A stretch of DNA of 64,000 nt from Octopus vulgaris (lineage: Eukaryota), in contig OX597817.1 in the NCBI GenBank assembly GCA_951406725.2, positions 36,208,001 to 36,272,000 of the forward strand. The letters run 5' to 3'. Positions 58,430-64,000 of this stretch are shown piece by piece. The translations under genes were made by a program, and so were the position numbers. Within the stretch, counting starts at the first letter, position 1. Each line of letters starts with the position of its first letter. The notes under the pieces are model-generated. The model was not told the DNA's origin. It was given only the letters and a program-made list of their open reading frames with translations, and did no database searches.

Positions 58430-58635
58430 ATGTAGTTGGATCTGTATGGAATAGGGGTAGATGTTTTCAAGAAGCACCTTGACCTTCTACTGTCCAACAA
58501 CCTGGATGAACTTACATCACGATAAGAAGCTCAAAAGAGGGCAGCAATATCAAACTCCTTCCTTAACCAAAAATTAACCTCTTAAGAATGGGCCATCGAA
58601 AAGATGATGATACTGCCAGTATTGGAGTATGGTCA
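58430..58635 (+). mobile_element. Old CR1-like LINE 3' remnant
   Basis: DLYGIGVDVFKKHLDLLL and KRAAISNSF resemble [18 protein letters not shown] and RAAASNSL of the intact copy. Confidence 0.6.
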
Positions 58636-59868
58636 GAGCGTTTGTACTGAAACGTATAAAAGAATAAAAGAATACACGCACGAACATATTTTCATGTAGA
58701 CAGTATAAAGATACGAGCTAATAATAGTTTCTTGCTGGAAAAGTGGGTCTAGGCAAATTTTTATAACACGCCGATTGTCTCCAAGCAATTTCCGGGTTCC
58801 GAGCACGTGGTATATTGAATTTGTATATAACGACGCTGGTACAAGAGAAATCACGGGAAAGAAAACGTGAAGGACGTAGCTGCAAAAAGTGGATGCATGG
58901 ATAAAAACGGTAAAAGAAAAGAAAGAATATTAGAGTTATGACCCCTTCTATCGTAAAGATATCATTATGCTAGTTGTACTATATTTCAGGGAGGGCGGTC
59001 CAAATTCTGCAAGACAGCTGCTCCTTCCGGAGAAGGTGGTTTCCTCCAGTTTGTCAAAAGAAACTTGTCCATATGTTTGCATTTGCTGAAAATTTCGGTT
59101 CTAGAATTCAGTAGTGTAATGGAATTCTTAGGTCTAAAACGAATGTCATCTTTCAGCTACGCATAAGTTGCATTTTTTACATCAATTAATATATGTTATA
59201 GATTTCTCTATGAATTTCCGATTGATATTTTGTGCTATGTAGTTGGTCTTCAAATCCCATATGCGGCTAGCTAACTTAGTGACTTTACTTTCTCGAAGTG
59301 CAGAAAGAAGATAAGTGATTTGCATAGCGTCTCTTGAAAACGCCTTTACATCTCTCGATAAATAAAACTAGTTGCAACTGTAATGGATCAGGACCACGTA
59401 ATCTTTCATATGTGAACAAGAAGTGGCAGGAGAAGCAATGTGAGAAGGAAGAAGGAAAGAGTACTGAAGTGAGAAGAAGCAGGTAAAGTCGTGAGAGAGA
59501 GAGAGAAGGGAGTTGAAGGATAAGAAAGGGTTGAATGAACTGAGAAGAAGTTTAGGAGTAGAAGTAAAAATATGGTGCCAAGTTCAAAGATGAAACGTTT
59601 TTCCCTCCGTTCCCTTGAGAGCGTAGATATATGGGGTATGGCATAGTCTTACACTGGTAAGTGAGAGATGGAACGGCCTCTATTGTTAAACTGAGTGACA
59701 ACAGTATGACGTGGCATATACAGTAGTAAACTTCGAATATGCTTCCGATAGTGATCAGCAAGTTTTCGGCCCCTTATCTCGATGTAAAGAGCGATGTATG
59801 CATACATGTATGAATCTGTGTTTGCATGCGTGTGTTTCTGTATATGTCTGAGCATAAATACGTTTATA

Positions 59869-59902
<34 letters not shown>

Positions 59903-60035
59903 GATGCGTATACATACATACATACATACATACATACATACATACATACATACATACATACATGCACACAGAAGCGTCTAAAGTAATACACTTACTTGTT
60001 CCTTGTCTTCGTCTTTGTTGTTCTATAAACTTGAA

Positions 60036-60080
<45 letters not shown>

Positions 60081-60123
60081 TATATGCATGAATATATATC
60101 TGTATGTATATATGTACACACAA

Positions 60124-60154
<31 letters not shown>

Positions 60155-60208
60155 CACATATACATATACATAGGAACATACATACGTACATATATATGTA
60201 TATGTATG

Positions 60209-60273
<65 letters not shown>

Positions 60274-60579
60274 TGTATATATACACTTAGGCACACATGC
60301 TTATATATAAGCATGTATATATATGCATTTACATATATATATATATATACACATACACGCGTATATATATATGTGTGTGTGTATGTACCATGTACAGACG
60401 CACATGTATGCACTATTACACAAGGCAGTGGATGATTTACTTATCATTGGGTTAATCATTCCTGAGGCATACAGAAGTATCTTCCGTTTTCTGAAAAGTA
60501 TTGTGAAGCCTAAGGCGAAGAGCGCAGTGCACCCCCATGTGCAGAGCCAATATCTTACACTCACAGAAATTTATATACA

Positions 60580-60730
60580 AGAAGAAGAGGAAGAAGGCAA
60601 AAGAAGAAGAAGAGCAACTGCAACAACCATAACAACAAGAACAACACCTACTACTACTACTGCTACTACTACTGCCGCTGGGGCTGCTGCTGCTGCTACT
60701 ACTACAACAACAACAACAACAACAACAACA

Positions 60731-60792
<62 letters not shown>

Positions 60793-60800
60793 AACAACAC
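60580..60800 (+). repeat. (GAA)/(ACA)/(ACT) trinucleotide compound repeat
   Basis: Direct reading. Confidence 0.93.
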
Positions 60801-61027
60801 TAGTAATAGTGTGTATAAATACTCAGACAGATAGACACACACATATATACGTATATTTCTTATATACATTCACATATATACCATATGTATATATATGTAT
60901 TTATATATTCATAGGTACACATATAATATATATAATTCTTATGACGTAAAGAACACACAAACATGTATTCTCACAAACACACATACATACATACACACAT
61001 ACATACATACATACATACATACATACA

Positions 61028-61063
<36 letters not shown>

Positions 61064-61085
61064 TGTATATATATATATATGTATG

Positions 61086-61148
<63 letters not shown>

Positions 61149-61620
61149 CCCCACAGACACGCATACATAAAAGAATATGTGAATGCTTACGTATGTATGT
61201 GAGCTTGTGTGTGCGTATGTGTGTGTGGGTGGCGCGCATATGCACACGCATCCATCGATACAAAATTACACAGGCACGTGATGTCCGCACGCCCCCACAC
61301 AGCTATAGGTGCAAAATTGACAACAAAGCTGAAAAAAACCCCCGAAAAACAGAAAAAACAGAAACACGCACAGCAAAAAAATAAAACAAGGTACAGTCTT
61401 AAAAGCAATATATATATAAAGAGGTTCTCTATTTTTGGTTTGAAAGATAGTAAAACCTCTGATGTGGTTACGAAAAGAGTCATCATCTCTCTCTTTCTTC
61501 CACTTAACCGATCTATCAGGAATATGCTATGCGTTTTGTGCCAAGTGCTGTCATTTCAAAAGAATAGTGACAATTTGATTGAGATGAATGTATAGTAGGA
61601 GTTACTGAAATGAAATAAAA

Positions 61621-61661
<41 letters not shown>

Positions 61662-61823
61662 AAAAAAGCAACTAAAACCTTATATGTGTGTATTATGGCA
61701 AGAAAAGGCACACGTAATCCGGAAGATAGAAAGTAAGAAAGAATCTGAAGAAAAAGATGAAATAAAAGGGTAAGGTGGAGGGGACAGCTATACTTACTTA
61801 TCGATTCACATTCAAACTAATAT

Positions 61824-61874
<51 letters not shown>

Positions 61875-61986
61875 ATGTGTCTGTATGGATATGTGTGTGT
61901 GTATGAATATATATATATATATGTATTTATATATATAAAATGTATATATATATATAATACACATATGTGTGTATATATATATACAC

Positions 61987-62035
<49 letters not shown>

Positions 62036-62077
62036 GTATATACATATACATACATACATATATACATATATATTTAC

Positions 62078-62108
<31 letters not shown>

Positions 62109-62256
62109 GGTACATACACACACACACATATATATATATACATATATATTTACATATACATATATACATGTATATATACTATAAATAAATATTATATGAG
62201 TATACACACGCGCGTGTGACACGTGCACTCACACACTTATACATACCTATATATAT

Positions 62257-62363
<107 letters not shown>

Positions 62364-63334
62364 ATATAGGCTGCCTGAAATTGGCTGATCGTGTAAATGG
62401 AGAGGCTTTGAAAGTAAAATCCTTATTTCAAAGCATCGATATTATTATCTGACAAAAGGAAGATAACGAAGTAAGCTTTCTTTTTCTTTCTTACTGTTAC
62501 TCCAGCATGCATAATCACTGCCACTACCATTATACAATATAAAAAACATTATCTTCAATTCCGCAATCACCACAATTGCTATTCCTTAACTTCAATATTG
62601 TTGTCTTTTCGCGTACATTCATAACCCAGTAATGCTGTTTTGTCTTGTTTTTCTCGATTGGTTTTAACTCCAGGTTAAGGTTGTTCTTGTATTCCTGTGA
62701 TTGAAGTCACCCAGCCATAACTATTCTGTCATTTTAGGGCTGTGCAATACGTGATTTTGTGTGTGATGTGATAAAGATTTGGCGGCCACTTATAGTAGAA
62801 AACACGATCCAGAGTAGGCTTTCTTGTTAGCTCGTATCATCCAAAGTACTCGTACACTTCTGAGAAGAATAAGTCCAGCAGAAGGTCCACTTCTTGTCGC
62901 GGTGTGGTGGCTTTTGTCTCTCCATGACCCTGAGAGCTATGATAGCATAGCTAAAGAAAAGTTCTAGAGAATTATTGATGACAATTAAAAACCAACTAAA
63001 GACAACCAAGAATCGAGAACAGTGGAGAAAAGTTACCAAAAGGCTTATGTCCGATTTGGAATGAAAGTCTTAAGCAGTAAGCAAGAATTATAGATGAATG
63101 TGTGCTTGTCTGTAAAATGTAGCTGAGGACACGGGAAACCGAAGCATGATGCAGGGCCGTTATATTTAAACGAAATATTATAGCTGCGATTTCCACCTTT
63201 AGTTAAAAACATTAATATCGGTTTTAGACTTCATCATTTCACTTGCCTTTGAAATACGAAATGAAGGCAAATCATTTCAGTGGTGGCTGGAAAATTAAAA
63301 TTTCTGGAATATCTTCATCATCAAGTGTTACCAG

Positions 63335-63452
63335 AGCGGTGGATTGTTAGAATCACCCGAGCGGCAGACAAAATGCCTAGCGTTATTTCTTCAGGTTTTG
63401 GTCGATAAAATAAATAATGAGTCAAGTACTGGGGTTGATGTAATCGATTGAC
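63335..63452 (+). mobile_element. SINE family B, highly diverged
   Basis: gacaaaatgcctagcgttatttc...ggtcgataaaataa...actggggttgatgtaatcga. Confidence 0.55.
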
Positions 63453-64000
63453 TGCCTTCCTCACGCACTGATGTCCCTGGGCTCAAATTAGTCACTATAA
63501 TCTCTGATGATCCGTCATGTCACTTTCATATATACAGTAGTATCAAGTGTGTACTGCAGGGATTCGGTGTCCGCTTCTTGGACAGGTAATATTTTAGTTC
63601 TGACTAGTTTCAGGGCCTCAAAAGCTCTCAAGTTTGACCTACTTTACATATCTGCTTCCATATATAGTATGGTATAACTGACGAAATAGCTTCTATGAAG
63701 TAGTTTGATCTGCTGGAAATAGTAGCCAAATCTCTGTGGAATTACATCCTCCGGTTCTGAAAATTGATAATCACAATGAAAAATGTAATCCAAAATATAG
63801 AATGTAGGAGATATTGGTAAAGCATTCCTAGCTGGTGTGTTTTCTTGGTCATATATCTCCACCTAGAGTTGATGTAGAGATAAATAACAACAAAATACAT
63901 TAGAAACTACATGGAAATGCAATTCAGTTGATTTTTTTAATACTTCATTCCACCTTTTTGACCACAAAGACGCTGCTGCTTCTACTATTGTTACAATATA

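Noticed and set aside
60323-60949. 208-aa poly-Thr mucin-like ORF
   Set aside because: Trinucleotide and dinucleotide repeats only.

Overview
AT-rich, microsatellite-saturated animal genomic DNA with one 100-N gap (51982-52081). The SINE families and repeat landscape look like Octopus (coleoid cephalopod); this is an inference from recalled repeat families. I found no convincing host gene, and nearly all ORF-track entries are translated microsatellites. The window is a transposon mosaic: a decayed RTE LINE, a decayed Penelope-like element (PLE; RT + GIY-YIG), a young 5'-truncated CR1-like LINE with an open RT frame, an ORF1-only L1/Tx1-like element with a 36-bp TSD, two mariner deletion derivatives, Helitrons (one with PIF1-helicase remnants) and three tRNA-derived SINE families. 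Main results: (1) small (TA)n-bounded, often fold-back PLE derivatives carry minimal hammerhead ribozyme motifs: two canonical, one U3-A8 compensatory variant in each arm of a 1.2-kb near-perfect palindrome, and several degenerate or stem-II-less forms; (2) two SINE/LINE partnerships can be read directly from shared 3' tails; (3) several long inverted repeats could form dsRNA. Coordinates and identities were read by eye and are approximate.
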